DNA from: Thermodesulfobacteriota bacterium
GTDB lineage: Bacteria > Desulfobacterota > Desulfarculia > JACQYL01
DNA: 64,000 nt
NCBI GenBank assembly: GCA_963675595.2
Contig: CAXXLZ010000003.1
Location: 160,001-224,000 of the forward strand
Reading direction: 5' to 3'
Part shown: positions 39,028 to 47,779 of the stretch, piece by piece
How positions within the stretch are numbered: the stretch's first letter is position 1
Layout: each line of letters starts with the position of its first letter
Notes under the pieces: generated by a model
What the model saw: the letters and a program-made list of their open reading frames with translations, nothing else
Database searches by the model: none
Told to the model about the DNA's origin: nothing
Position numbers and translations under genes: made by a program

Positions 39028-40524
39028 ATGGGATTCAAAAAGGTGCGGATCGGTATTCTGTTTTTGCTGGCGGGCCTACTGCTGCAACAGACGGCCGCCC
39101 GATGCGCGGACCCCTTTGCTCTCGGCATGGAAGCTCAAAACCATATCTCGAAAAAGGAGTATGATCAGGCGATTCCCTTGTTGGCGGACGCGCTGAAACA
39201 GGATCCCATGAATACGTGGCTTCGGGGTATGTTGGCCAACTCCCATTACCAGTTGAGGCAGTTCACCAACGCGAAGACTCAGTACGGACTCATCGTGGAG
39301 ATGGAGCCGGAGAACAACTTGGCCCGCTTCATGGTCAGTGTCCTGGAACCTCTCGTGGGGTTGGAGGAGAACACGCTCGTCAAAGAAACCAAACAGCCGG
39401 TGTCGGAATTGAGACCGTATGAAATTGAACGCCTTTACGGAAAGGCCGTGGTCTTCTTGCGGGTGGCCGACCAGGATCGAAACGTTTTCAAACAGGGCAG
39501 CGGTTTTGTGATCTCGGAAGACGGTTGGACGGTTACCAACCACCATGTGATCGTTAACGGGAAATACGCTGTCGCCCGGTTCCCGGACGGCCGGGAGTTC
39601 GCCGTGGAGAAGGTGCTTGCTTATGAGCCCAAGCTGGACTTGGCCGTTTTGAAACTCGAAGGAGCGACCGGGCTGGTCACGACGAAGATGGGAGATTCGT
39701 CAAAGGTGATTTTGGGGGAACAAGCCGTGGCCATCGGCAGTCCGGAGGGCATGGAGCACACGATTTCAGACGGACTAATCAGCGCTTGGCGGGACATGGG
39801 AGAGGGCTACAAGTATATCCAGATCAGCGTGCCGATTTCGCATGGAAGCAGTGGTGGGGCCCTGTTCAACATGCGAGGAGAGGTCATCGGGGTGACCTCG
39901 GCCGGTCTTGATCGAGGCCAGAACCTCAACTTTGCGATCCCCATCAATTTCGTAAAGGAGTTGATGAAGAACCCAAAGCCCGTCGCCCTCGCAGAGCTTC
40001 CTGAGGAAAGGCCCGAGGACGGGGAGAAGAAGACTGAGGACACAGCCGCGGACGCCGAACTAATTCGGGGACCGGATGGAAGCATCGTGTGCAACAATCG
40101 GAATCTTAATTTCGGATTTCGGCTGTCGGACAATTCCTGGAACGTGAGTGAGGAGTCTAAGGACGGGGACTACCTCCTCAAGTGCAATTCGCCCGACCTG
40201 CAGGTTCAGGTTCACACGTTCTTGGCGAAAAAGGGTCTGACGGAGGCGGAACTTGTGGAACATTACCGCGACTTCTTTTTCAAAGGTGATTTCACCTTCT
40301 TGAAAGATTTTGAGCGGACCGTTCCGGGGGATAAGCCGGCGTTCATGGCCCAATTGAACAAAGAGGCGGAAGATCCGGTAAGGTCCTGGCTTGTGTTGAT
40401 GCTCGAAAAGGGCCGCGTGTTTGTGTTCTCCGTCTGGTACTTGGCTCGGGATGAAGATAAGCTGTCGGATTCCATAGAGATAATTCGCGGGAGTTTTCAG
40501 ATCGGAAACGCCGTGACTTCCTGA
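39028..40524 (+). CDS. Exported TPR + trypsin-like serine protease (no PDZ) with extra C-terminal domain
   Basis: Signal peptide, TPRs, GSGFVI, TNHHV, DLAVL, HGSSGG. Confidence 0.88.
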   Translation: MGFKKVRIGILFLLAGLLLQQTAARCADPFALGMEAQNHISKKEYDQAIPLLADALKQDPMNTWLRGMLANSHYQLRQFTNAKTQYGLIVEMEPENNLARFMVSVLEPLVGLEENTLVKETKQPVSELRPYEIERLYGKAVVFLRVADQDRNVFKQGSGFVISEDGWTVTNHHVIVNGKYAVARFPDGREFAVEKVLAYEPKLDLAVLKLEGATGLVTTKMGDSSKVILGEQAVAIGSPEGMEHTISDGLISAWRDMGEGYKYIQISVPISHGSSGGALFNMRGEVIGVTSAGLDRGQNLNFAIPINFVKELMKNPKPVALAELPEERPEDGEKKTEDTAADAELIRGPDGSIVCNNRNLNFGFRLSDNSWNVSEESKDGDYLLKCNSPDLQVQVHTFLAKKGLTEAELVEHYRDFFFKGDFTFLKDFERTVPGDKPAFMAQLNKEAEDPVRSWLVLMLEKGRVFVFSVWYLARDEDKLSDSIEIIRGSFQIGNAVTS

Positions 40525-40681
40525 TTGGACGGAACAATGGAGGTCGCCGCGAGACTACCGAAGGCGAACATCGGATTCCTCTCGGGCGGCGAGCGCCTCA
40601 TTCGGGCGCCGGGGTAAAGAACCGGGCATCCATCCCCTCGAAACGGAGACGTTCCATTACGGCATACGGAAGCACCATGAC

Positions 40682-42037
40682 GTGTATGAGGCGGAGATGA
40701 GCGCTTGTGGGCATGGCGGCCGGACGAAGTCCGGGTTTCATCTTAATACCGGTGAGATTGGGCGCTTGCGGCGAAGAGGTTTCGGTACGGCCGTCACGCG
40801 CCGGCTGAAATACTTGGCGGTATGCGGTCTCATCCTGCTGTGTGCCTCCGTCTGTGGGGCGCGAATGGAGACCGGTTTAAGTCTGGGGCTACTCTGCCCA
40901 CTCAACGGGCCCCTCTCGGAATTGGGAAAAGACCTGGAACAAGGCGCCGTACTGGCGGTCATGGAAGTCAACGCGGCCGGAGGCGTCCACGGAAAGGAAG
41001 TCAAGTTGGCCGTGGGCGACACCGGAAGCGGTCCCCTCGCGGCCCAGCAAGAGGCGGGAAGATTGCTGGCCTTTGAAGACGTTGATTGCCTTATGGGCGT
41101 TTTGGATCCCGACGTGGCCGATTCGGTGTCCAAACTCTCCGATATTCACAAAGTCATTTTCCTGGGTGCCGGTCATATCAACGATCGTCTCCTTATGGAT
41201 CAATATCACCCATATTATTTTCATGTCACACCGGCCGGTTACCAAATGGTGGCCGCGGCCGGCTTTTACGCGGCGAACCAAGAGTGGAGACGGTTGGTGG
41301 TGTGCGGCGTGGAGAACTCCGCCAACCAAAACTATTTTGAAGAGTTTCGGCAGGTTTTATCCGCCGAAAACAAGGCCGTGACGCTGGATGGGCCGTACTG
41401 GACGGAAGTCGATAATCTCTACTTCAAACCATTGATCGAGTCCATAAGAGCTTCCGAGGCCCAAGCCTTACTCTGTCTATACAGGGGCGCGGACCTGCTG
41501 GAGTTCATTCGTCAGGGCTTGATCCTGGGGCTGTTCGACCGGGTCAAACTTATCTGTCCTTTTGACGGCGATTACTCCCTTCTGTGTAAATTGGACAGGC
41601 GTTTGCCTGAAGGCCAGGTGATGGGAGCATACCACCATCTCAATATGCCGCACTCAGCCGAAAACCGGAATTTCATTTATCGATTCAAGGGGTTGACCGA
41701 TAGGCTGCCTTCACAGGCCGCCCTCGCAGGTTATGTGGCGGTCAAATTCGCCGCGGCCGGCTTTGCGTCGGTTCCGCGGGATGTGGAGGGTGAGCGAGTC
41801 ATCGAAGCCATGGAAGGGCTTGAGCTGGGGTGTCCCTGGGATCCGGAAGGACATACGTCATTCATGCATCCCAAAGCGCATCAGATGTCGGTCTGCCTTG
41901 CGCTCGGCGTCACAGTGGCCTCGGATGCCTTTCCGCCGGCGAAGTGGGGGCTGAAAGAATTTTACCGGGTTATGGCCGAGAAGCTTCTGCCCTCATCTTT
42001 GGAGCTTTTCGAGGGCAGAATTCCGAGTTGGCGCTGA
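40682..42037 (+). CDS. ABC transporter substrate-binding protein, branched-chain amino acid type (orphan)
   Basis: PLNGP..LG..GA.LA..EVNAAGGVHG; start probably downstream of 40682. Confidence 0.85.
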   Translation: MYEAEMSACGHGGRTKSGFHLNTGEIGRLRRRGFGTAVTRRLKYLAVCGLILLCASVCGARMETGLSLGLLCPLNGPLSELGKDLEQGAVLAVMEVNAAGGVHGKEVKLAVGDTGSGPLAAQQEAGRLLAFEDVDCLMGVLDPDVADSVSKLSDIHKVIFLGAGHINDRLLMDQYHPYYFHVTPAGYQMVAAAGFYAANQEWRRLVVCGVENSANQNYFEEFRQVLSAENKAVTLDGPYWTEVDNLYFKPLIESIRASEAQALLCLYRGADLLEFIRQGLILGLFDRVKLICPFDGDYSLLCKLDRRLPEGQVMGAYHHLNMPHSAENRNFIYRFKGLTDRLPSQAALAGYVAVKFAAAGFASVPRDVEGERVIEAMEGLELGCPWDPEGHTSFMHPKAHQMSVCLALGVTVASDAFPPAKWGLKEFYRVMAEKLLPSSLELFEGRIPSWR

Positions 42038-42253
42038 GCTTCATTCGGCCTCCCAAGGTTCCTTTTGTGAACATACGCCGCAGAGTCGGCACGCTTTCTC
42101 AACTTGTCGAATAGGGCGTCGGGCGATTAAGATAGTCACTGTGCTCGTTGTCGCACACGCAACCGCAACCCGGGCTTTCCGTCGGTCCGAGACGTGCCTT
42201 TATTCCTAAGCGGAATTCCGGGTTTTCATAGGTTTTACCCACGGAGGATCAGC

Positions 42254-43525
42254 ATGAAAAACGTGGTGGCGGTGGTAATGGCCGGGGGTAGGGGAGAACG
42301 TCTGTACCCGTTGACGCGGGATCGCTCCAAGCCCGCGGTCCCCTTTGGTGGCATCTACAGGATCATCGATGTAACACTGAGCAACTGCATCAATTCGGAA
42401 GTCTACAGGATCATTGTGCTTCCGCAATACAAGAGCCAGTCTCTGGTTGACCACATCGAGGACGGATGGAACATCTTCAGTGCTTCATTGGGACACTATC
42501 TTAGGATCGTGCCCCCGCAGAAAAGAACCGGAGAAGAGTGGTACCAGGGGACAGCCGATTCCGTTCGCCAGAATCTTTATCTACTGGAACGGGCCAATGC
42601 GTCGGAAGTGCTCATCCTGTCCGGGGATCATGTGTATAAGATGGATTATTCCCTGTTCAAGAGGTTTCACAAAGAAAACGACGCGGATTTGACCATCAGC
42701 GTATTCGAAGTGGAACCCAATCGTTCCCGATCTTTTGGAATCGTGGAAGTGGATGATTCAGGGCGAATCGTCGGATTTGAAGAGAAACCCGAACAACCCA
42801 AGATCAATCCGCAGAAGCCCGACGTAGTCTACGCATCTATGGGGGTTTACATTTTCAAAGCGGACGTTCTCATTGATGTACTGGCCAATTCCAAGGAACA
42901 AGATTTCGGTCACAACATTATTCCCTCCATGATCAAGACACATCGGGTTTTCGCGTACCCCTACAAAGAAAAGAACGTGATCCAAGACTATGTCTATACT
43001 CCCAAGGAGGACGGCACCCGAGCTCGGGTGCTGGTGGCTCCCACGCGGGACTCCAAGTACTGGAGAGACGTGGGTGACCTGGACGCCTACTGGAATGCCA
43101 ATATGGACCTCACGGGGATCGATCCCTTTTTCAATCTCTACGGAACCCGTTGGCCTTTGTTGACGTACCAGGCTTTCTCGCCTCCGGCAAAAACGGTTTA
43201 TGCGTCGGAAACCACCGAGAACTACCACGTCGGAAAAGCCCTCGACAGCCTTTTGTCTTCCGGGTGTATCATCAGCGGCGGGTCGGTCAGGAGTTCCGTC
43301 TTGGGCAGGGACGTTTACGTACACAGTTGGGCTCAAGTCGAGGAATCCGTGATTATGGACCGAGTGGAAATTGGTCGTTACGCGAAAATCAAGAAGGCCA
43401 TCATCGATAAAGACAACAGCATACCGCCGAATACCGTCATCGGACATGATCCCTCGGAGGATAGAAAACGATTCACCGTGACACCAAGGGGAATCGTGGT
43501 GGTGCCTAAAGGGTACTTCCGCTGA
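42254..43525 (+). CDS. glgC: Glucose-1-phosphate adenylyltransferase
   Basis: AGGRGERL.PLT.DRSKPAVPFGG, WYQGTAD, GDHVYKMDY, FEEKP, YWRDVG. Confidence 0.96.
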   Translation: MKNVVAVVMAGGRGERLYPLTRDRSKPAVPFGGIYRIIDVTLSNCINSEVYRIIVLPQYKSQSLVDHIEDGWNIFSASLGHYLRIVPPQKRTGEEWYQGTADSVRQNLYLLERANASEVLILSGDHVYKMDYSLFKRFHKENDADLTISVFEVEPNRSRSFGIVEVDDSGRIVGFEEKPEQPKINPQKPDVVYASMGVYIFKADVLIDVLANSKEQDFGHNIIPSMIKTHRVFAYPYKEKNVIQDYVYTPKEDGTRARVLVAPTRDSKYWRDVGDLDAYWNANMDLTGIDPFFNLYGTRWPLLTYQAFSPPAKTVYASETTENYHVGKALDSLLSSGCIISGGSVRSSVLGRDVYVHSWAQVEESVIMDRVEIGRYAKIKKAIIDKDNSIPPNTVIGHDPSEDRKRFTVTPRGIVVVPKGYFR

Positions 43526-43558
43526 ACGCGGAGGGCGGAGAGGCGGGAAAGTCGACTT

Positions 43559-44029
43559 ATGAGTGAGAGCCCGGAAAAAGCGCGGATCGTCGCGGTGTGT
43601 GTGAGCAAGCACAAAGGTACTACCAAAACCCCCGTAACCTTTATTGACTTGGCCGTGGGACACGGCGTATCCGGCGACGCGCATGCCGGAGACTGGCACA
43701 GGCAATTGAGTCTACTCGGGGTTGAAAGCATTGAAAGAATGAGGCAAAAGGGGCTGGATGTCCAACCCGGGAGCTTTGCGGAGAACGTCACAACCGCCGG
43801 AATCGATCTTCCCGCTTTGCCTGTGGGAACACGGCTGCGATTGGGGAGAAGTGCCGTGGTGGAAATCACCCAGATCGGGAAAGAGTGCCACACACGGTGC
43901 GCCGTCTACTACAAGGCCGGAGATTGTGTTATGCCCAGGGAGGGTATCTTCGCGCGGATTCTTGAGGAAGGCCGTGTAGAAGCGGGAGACTTGATCGAGA
44001 TCATCCGGTTTCCGGGGGACCGGAGCTAA
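43559..44029 (+). CDS. MOSC domain protein
   Basis: GDAHAG.WHRQLSLL, FAEN, GKECH..C..GDCVMPREG. Confidence 0.92.
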   Translation: MSESPEKARIVAVCVSKHKGTTKTPVTFIDLAVGHGVSGDAHAGDWHRQLSLLGVESIERMRQKGLDVQPGSFAENVTTAGIDLPALPVGTRLRLGRSAVVEITQIGKECHTRCAVYYKAGDCVMPREGIFARILEEGRVEAGDLIEIIRFPGDRS

Positions 44030-44046
44030 ACCTTTCGGGGAGGAAT

Positions 44047-45204
44047 TTGATGAACGTGCCCCTGTTGGATCTGAGAGCCCAGTTGACGCCCATCCGCGAC
44101 GAAATCCTCGCCGCGGTCACCGAAGTGGTGGATTCCGGCCGTTATATTTTGGGGCCCAAGGTGGAGGCTTTTGAGCGTGAAATGGCGAATTACGTGGGAA
44201 CCCGACATGCCGTAGGCGTGAGCTCGGGTACCGACGCCTTGTTGATTGCCCTAATGGTGATGAATATCGGGCCCGGTGACCAAGTGGTGACAACTCCGTT
44301 TTCGTTTTTCGCCACGGCCGGGGTGATTTCTCGAGTGGGTGCGAGCCCGGTGTTCGTCGACATCGATCCTGAAACATTTAACATCGACCCTGCCTCCTTG
44401 AGGCGATTGCCGTCTTCCGAGAGAATCAAGGCGGTGATGCCGGTGCATCTCTACGGGCAGTGCGCCGATATGGAACCCATTCTTGGGTTGGCTCGAGATC
44501 GCGGTTGGCATGTGATCGAGGACGCCGCCCAGGCGGTGGGGGCGGAGTACCCCACACCGGACGGAGTCAAGAAGGCCGGATCCATGGGTACCATGGGAGC
44601 CTTCAGCTTCTTCCCCAGCAAGAACTTGGGATGCTTGGGGGACGGAGGCTTGGTGACCACCGACGACGGAGAAGTCTACGAGAAGCTGGTGATGTTCAGG
44701 ACCCACGGCGCCAAACCGAAATATTACCATCGCTATGTGGGCGGAAATTTCCGGATCGATCCTCTCCAGACCGCCGTTCTGTCTGTGAAGCTTCCCTATC
44801 TGGACGATTGGCATCTTTCCAGAATGGAAAACGCCGCTCGCTACGACGCCCTGTTCGCCTCGAGCAAGCCGGCGGAGGAAGGGGCGATCGCGCTTCCCAA
44901 GAAAGCTTGGGAGGGCAATGGGCTTCGGCATCCCCACATCTACAATCAATACGTCATTCGTGTGCGTGGAGACCAACGCGACGCCCTCAAGAAATATCTG
45001 GGGGAGGCCGGAGTGGGCACCGAGATTTACTATCCGGTACCTTTTCACATGCAGGAGTGCTTCAGGTATCTGGGGTACCGGGAAGGAGATTTTCCGGAGG
45101 CTGAAGCGGCCTGCCGGGAAGTTCTGGCTCTTCCCGTTTATCCTGAACTGACGCGGGAAATGCAGGAATACGTAGTGGATCGCATCGCGTCGTTCTTCGG
45201 ATGA
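44047..45204 (+). CDS. DegT/DnrJ/EryC1/StrS aminotransferase
   Basis: SSGTDAL, VHLYGQ, EDAAQA, SFFPSKNLG. Confidence 0.94.
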   Translation: MMNVPLLDLRAQLTPIRDEILAAVTEVVDSGRYILGPKVEAFEREMANYVGTRHAVGVSSGTDALLIALMVMNIGPGDQVVTTPFSFFATAGVISRVGASPVFVDIDPETFNIDPASLRRLPSSERIKAVMPVHLYGQCADMEPILGLARDRGWHVIEDAAQAVGAEYPTPDGVKKAGSMGTMGAFSFFPSKNLGCLGDGGLVTTDDGEVYEKLVMFRTHGAKPKYYHRYVGGNFRIDPLQTAVLSVKLPYLDDWHLSRMENAARYDALFASSKPAEEGAIALPKKAWEGNGLRHPHIYNQYVIRVRGDQRDALKKYLGEAGVGTEIYYPVPFHMQECFRYLGYREGDFPEAEAACREVLALPVYPELTREMQEYVVDRIASFFG

Positions 45205-45221
45205 GTCACGTCGGGTCCAAT

Positions 45222-45278
45222 AAAAAAACCCTTCAGAGTTCTCGGCCCGTGGGCCACAGGTGAACTCCTGAAGGGTTT
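45222..45278. terminator. Bidirectional terminator-like hairpin
   Basis: AAACCCTTCAG-AGTTC...GAACT-C-CTGAAGGGTTT between convergent genes. Confidence 0.7.
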
Positions 45279-45295
45279 CCCGTTTGAGGACCCGT

Positions 45296-45574
45296 TCAGT
45301 GGGCTTTGCGTTTGGATGCCTTGAGAGGATTGACTTTCTGATCCTTCTTGGCGGCGGCCTTCACCACGTGAGTGGCCAGGTTGCAGCTTCCTACGCGCCA
45401 CTTGGCGGCCGGATCCGGAAACACGCTGCAAAAACGACCGGAGGACAGTTCGAGGATCTTTCCACAGCTTTCACACGCCTCGACGACGGTGTGGCAGCTT
45501 CCCCCGTTGAACGTGCATCCCTTCTTCGTCATGAATGCGCAGTTGACTCCCGGTTTCAAGGTCTGACAGTCCAT
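45296..45574 (-). CDS. PxxKW family cysteine-rich protein
   Basis: C-rich, 'FPDPAAKWRVGSCNLATH', tail 'KVNPLKASKR'. Confidence 0.9.
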   Translation of the reverse strand: MDCQTLKPGVNCAFMTKKGCTFNGGSCHTVVEACESCGKILELSSGRFCSVFPDPAAKWRVGSCNLATHVVKAAAKKDQKVNPLKASKRKAH

Positions 45575-45874
45575 TGGAATCACCCCCTTATAGGATATTT
45601 TCTAAGGTTTGGAGAGAAGTTCGGGTGACATATAACCGAACCTCCGTCTTTGTCAAGAAAAACCGACCCGCAAGTTAATGATCCCCTGAAACGAAATCAA
45701 GGGTTTAAATTTCGTAACACGAAAAAAAGATGGTTCCGTGGTGGAGTTTTCCGTGGGTTTATCAACCCGAATGACGTGAGGTACATGAACCATCGGAGCT
45801 GCATTGGGGAACGAGTTTGCTTCGGACCCGCTGTCAAGCCCCCAGTTTTTGGTCCAGGAGTTATGAGAGTTTTA

Positions 45875-46786
45875 TCATGACTCGCGGTTTTCCATCCCCG
45901 GCCCTTGGGGCCACGGCGAAGCCGAGCTGAGCGAGGCGGAGTCGAGGCCCCAAGGGCTCGCCGCGAACTGGGCCGGGGTCATGTAATTCAATGCACTGTG
46001 CGGTCTTTCCTCGTTATAGACTTTCCGCCATTTGGCGGCCAGAGTCTGCGCTTCCTTGATGTTGTTGAAAATTTCCATGTTCAAGAATTCATCCCGAAAA
46101 CGGCTGTTGAAACTTTCCACGTACCCGTTCTGCCAAGGGGCTCCCGGCTCGACGAAAAAGGTTCCCACTCCCAGGTCTTTCAGCCAATTTCTCACCTTTT
46201 GGGCTATAAATTCGGGACCGTTATCCGATCGAATGCCCGTTGGAACTCCCCGCTCGCCCATCAATCGGCTCAGCTCGTTCAAAACGTCTTCACCCGTAAT
46301 GGAGCGGTTGATCCTCAGGGCCAGGTTTTCCCGAGTAAACTCGTCGACAATGGCCAAGCACTTGAACTGACGGCCGTCGACCAAGCGGTCATGAATGAAA
46401 TCCAACGTCCAGACATCATTTGCAAAAGCCGCCTTACGCTTGTTGCACGCATTGGCATCAACTCCCAGGAAGCGTTTCTTCTTGGCTTTTCGAGGTACCT
46501 TGAATCCTTCCTCTTTCCAAAGTCTATGAATTCGCTTGTAGTTTACCGCCCACCCCGCATCACGCAGCAGCCGAGTGATCCTACGGCATCCAAAACGGGG
46601 ATGTTCTCCAACCAACCGGTGAAGAGCCTTGATCAGTTCCACCTCATCGTCCCGTTCCTTCGGCTCATAACGTTGGGTGGATCGGTGTTGACCGGCTACG
46701 CGGCAGGCCCGACGCTCTGAAGCGGCATGTTCACTTCGAACATAATCAACCGCTTTCCTACGACGCGCCGGGCTTAGAAGTTTCCC
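45875..46786 (-). CDS. IS3 OrfB (DDE integrase core), expressed by -1 frameshift
   Basis: WTLDF, SDNGPEF, ESFNSRFRDE; slippery GGGAAAC at 46780-46786 joins it to OrfA. Confidence 0.93.
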   Translation of the reverse strand, partial: GKLLSPARRRKAVDYVRSEHAASERRACRVAGQHRSTQRYEPKERDDEVELIKALHRLVGEHPRFGCRRITRLLRDAGWAVNYKRIHRLWKEEGFKVPRKAKKKRFLGVDANACNKRKAAFANDVWTLDFIHDRLVDGRQFKCLAIVDEFTRENLALRINRSITGEDVLNELSRLMGERGVPTGIRSDNGPEFIAQKVRNWLKDLGVGTFFVEPGAPWQNGYVESFNSRFRDEFLNMEIFNNIKEAQTLAAKWRKVYNEERPHSALNYMTPAQFAASPWGLDSASLSSASPWPQGPGMENRES

Positions 46787-47055
46787 TCCGCAAGATCCTT
46801 CAGCATTGCCTTGTCCAACATCAGATCGGCGACCAGCTTTTTTAAGCGTGCATTTTCCTTTTCCAGTTCTTTTAGCCGTTTGGCCTCCTCAGCCTTCATC
46901 CCCCCATACTGGTTTCGCCACCGGTGGTACGTCGCCTCGCTCACCTCCAGCGATTGGCAAACCTGCGCTATCGTCTGCCCTGCCGTCAGACGACGGTCCG
47001 CGTCTTCAAGTTTCCGGATGATTTGCTCCGCGCTGTGTCTCTTTCTCTTGGCCAT
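46774..47055 (-). CDS. IS3 OrfA (HTH + leucine zipper)
   Basis: HSAEQII..VSEATYHRWRNQYGGM..KRLKELEKENARLKKLVA. Confidence 0.93.
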   Translation of the reverse strand: MAKRKRHSAEQIIRKLEDADRRLTAGQTIAQVCQSLEVSEATYHRWRNQYGGMKAEEAKRLKELEKENARLKKLVADLMLDKAMLKDLAEGNF

Positions 47056-47525
47056 GCAAAAAGTCTCCTTCCGTTCTTTGGGCATTCAGACTCTCATTAT
47101 ACATGGACCAATTATCGGGGGGCATTCCACCGCCACTGCGGGCTCCGTCTCGTGGAAAACGGAGCCGTGATACCGGTTCGGAACTCTCAAACCGGGACGC
47201 CCTCGTCTGAAACCGCGCATCTCGCGCCTCTTCCCCCACCCACGGAAACTCTTGATTCCGGTTGCGACATACAGGCAAACAGCCCTCACGAGAATCTTGC
47301 GTAAGATTCTTTCAATCTTCCTCGAATGGATACGTAGGTCCTTTCTGTCGATTAGGCTCGCTCCCGAGTCGTTGTCCATGAAAATCCGAGAAAAGGGACG
47401 GCTCTTTTTACAGCATGTAAAATTTTTTAACAACAGAGCCTCCTCAGGAATTTCATCTCTCCCGCATTCCTCCCAAAAATGAACTGTTGGATCGGACCGT
47501 TACCTCTCTCTTGCTTTCTCGGAAT

Positions 47526-47541
47526 TGGCACACAGGTTGCA
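47526..47541 (+). promoter_or_regulatory. Sigma-54 (-24/-12) promoter
   Basis: TGGCAC-ACAGG-TTGCA, exact consensus TGGCAC-N5-TTGCW. Confidence 0.85.
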
Positions 47542-47779
47542 TAATCCTATCGAGTCACACGAGACAAACTCGTGTTCCACAGGAAGACCCCAAAAGATAG
47601 GGATGGATTTCCCTTTCGAGGGGAGGCCGCCTGAGGGCCTCGGCGAACTGCGGAAGACGGTCCGAACGTCTTTTCTTTGGCCGCCGGACCAGGGCCGCCT
47701 CCTCATATGGAGCAGAGGCGTGCACTGGGGTCTTCAGTATGCAAATGCTTCGCAAGACCAAACCAAAATTGGAGAAACC

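Larger units (their letters stand above)
45832..47129 (-). mobile_element. Intact IS3-family (IS407 group) insertion sequence, 1298 bp
   Basis: TG...CA ends; imperfect IRs tgtcaagcccccagtttttggtccaggagttatgagagt / tggaatgccccccgataattggtccatgtataatgagagt; 4-bp direct repeat CCGC (45828-45831, 47130-47133). Confidence 0.95.

Noticed and set aside
47525-47779. N-terminal extension of the UGSC ORF from TTG 47525
   Set aside because: That TTG lies in the sigma-54 -24 box; SD and signal peptide point to ATG 47780
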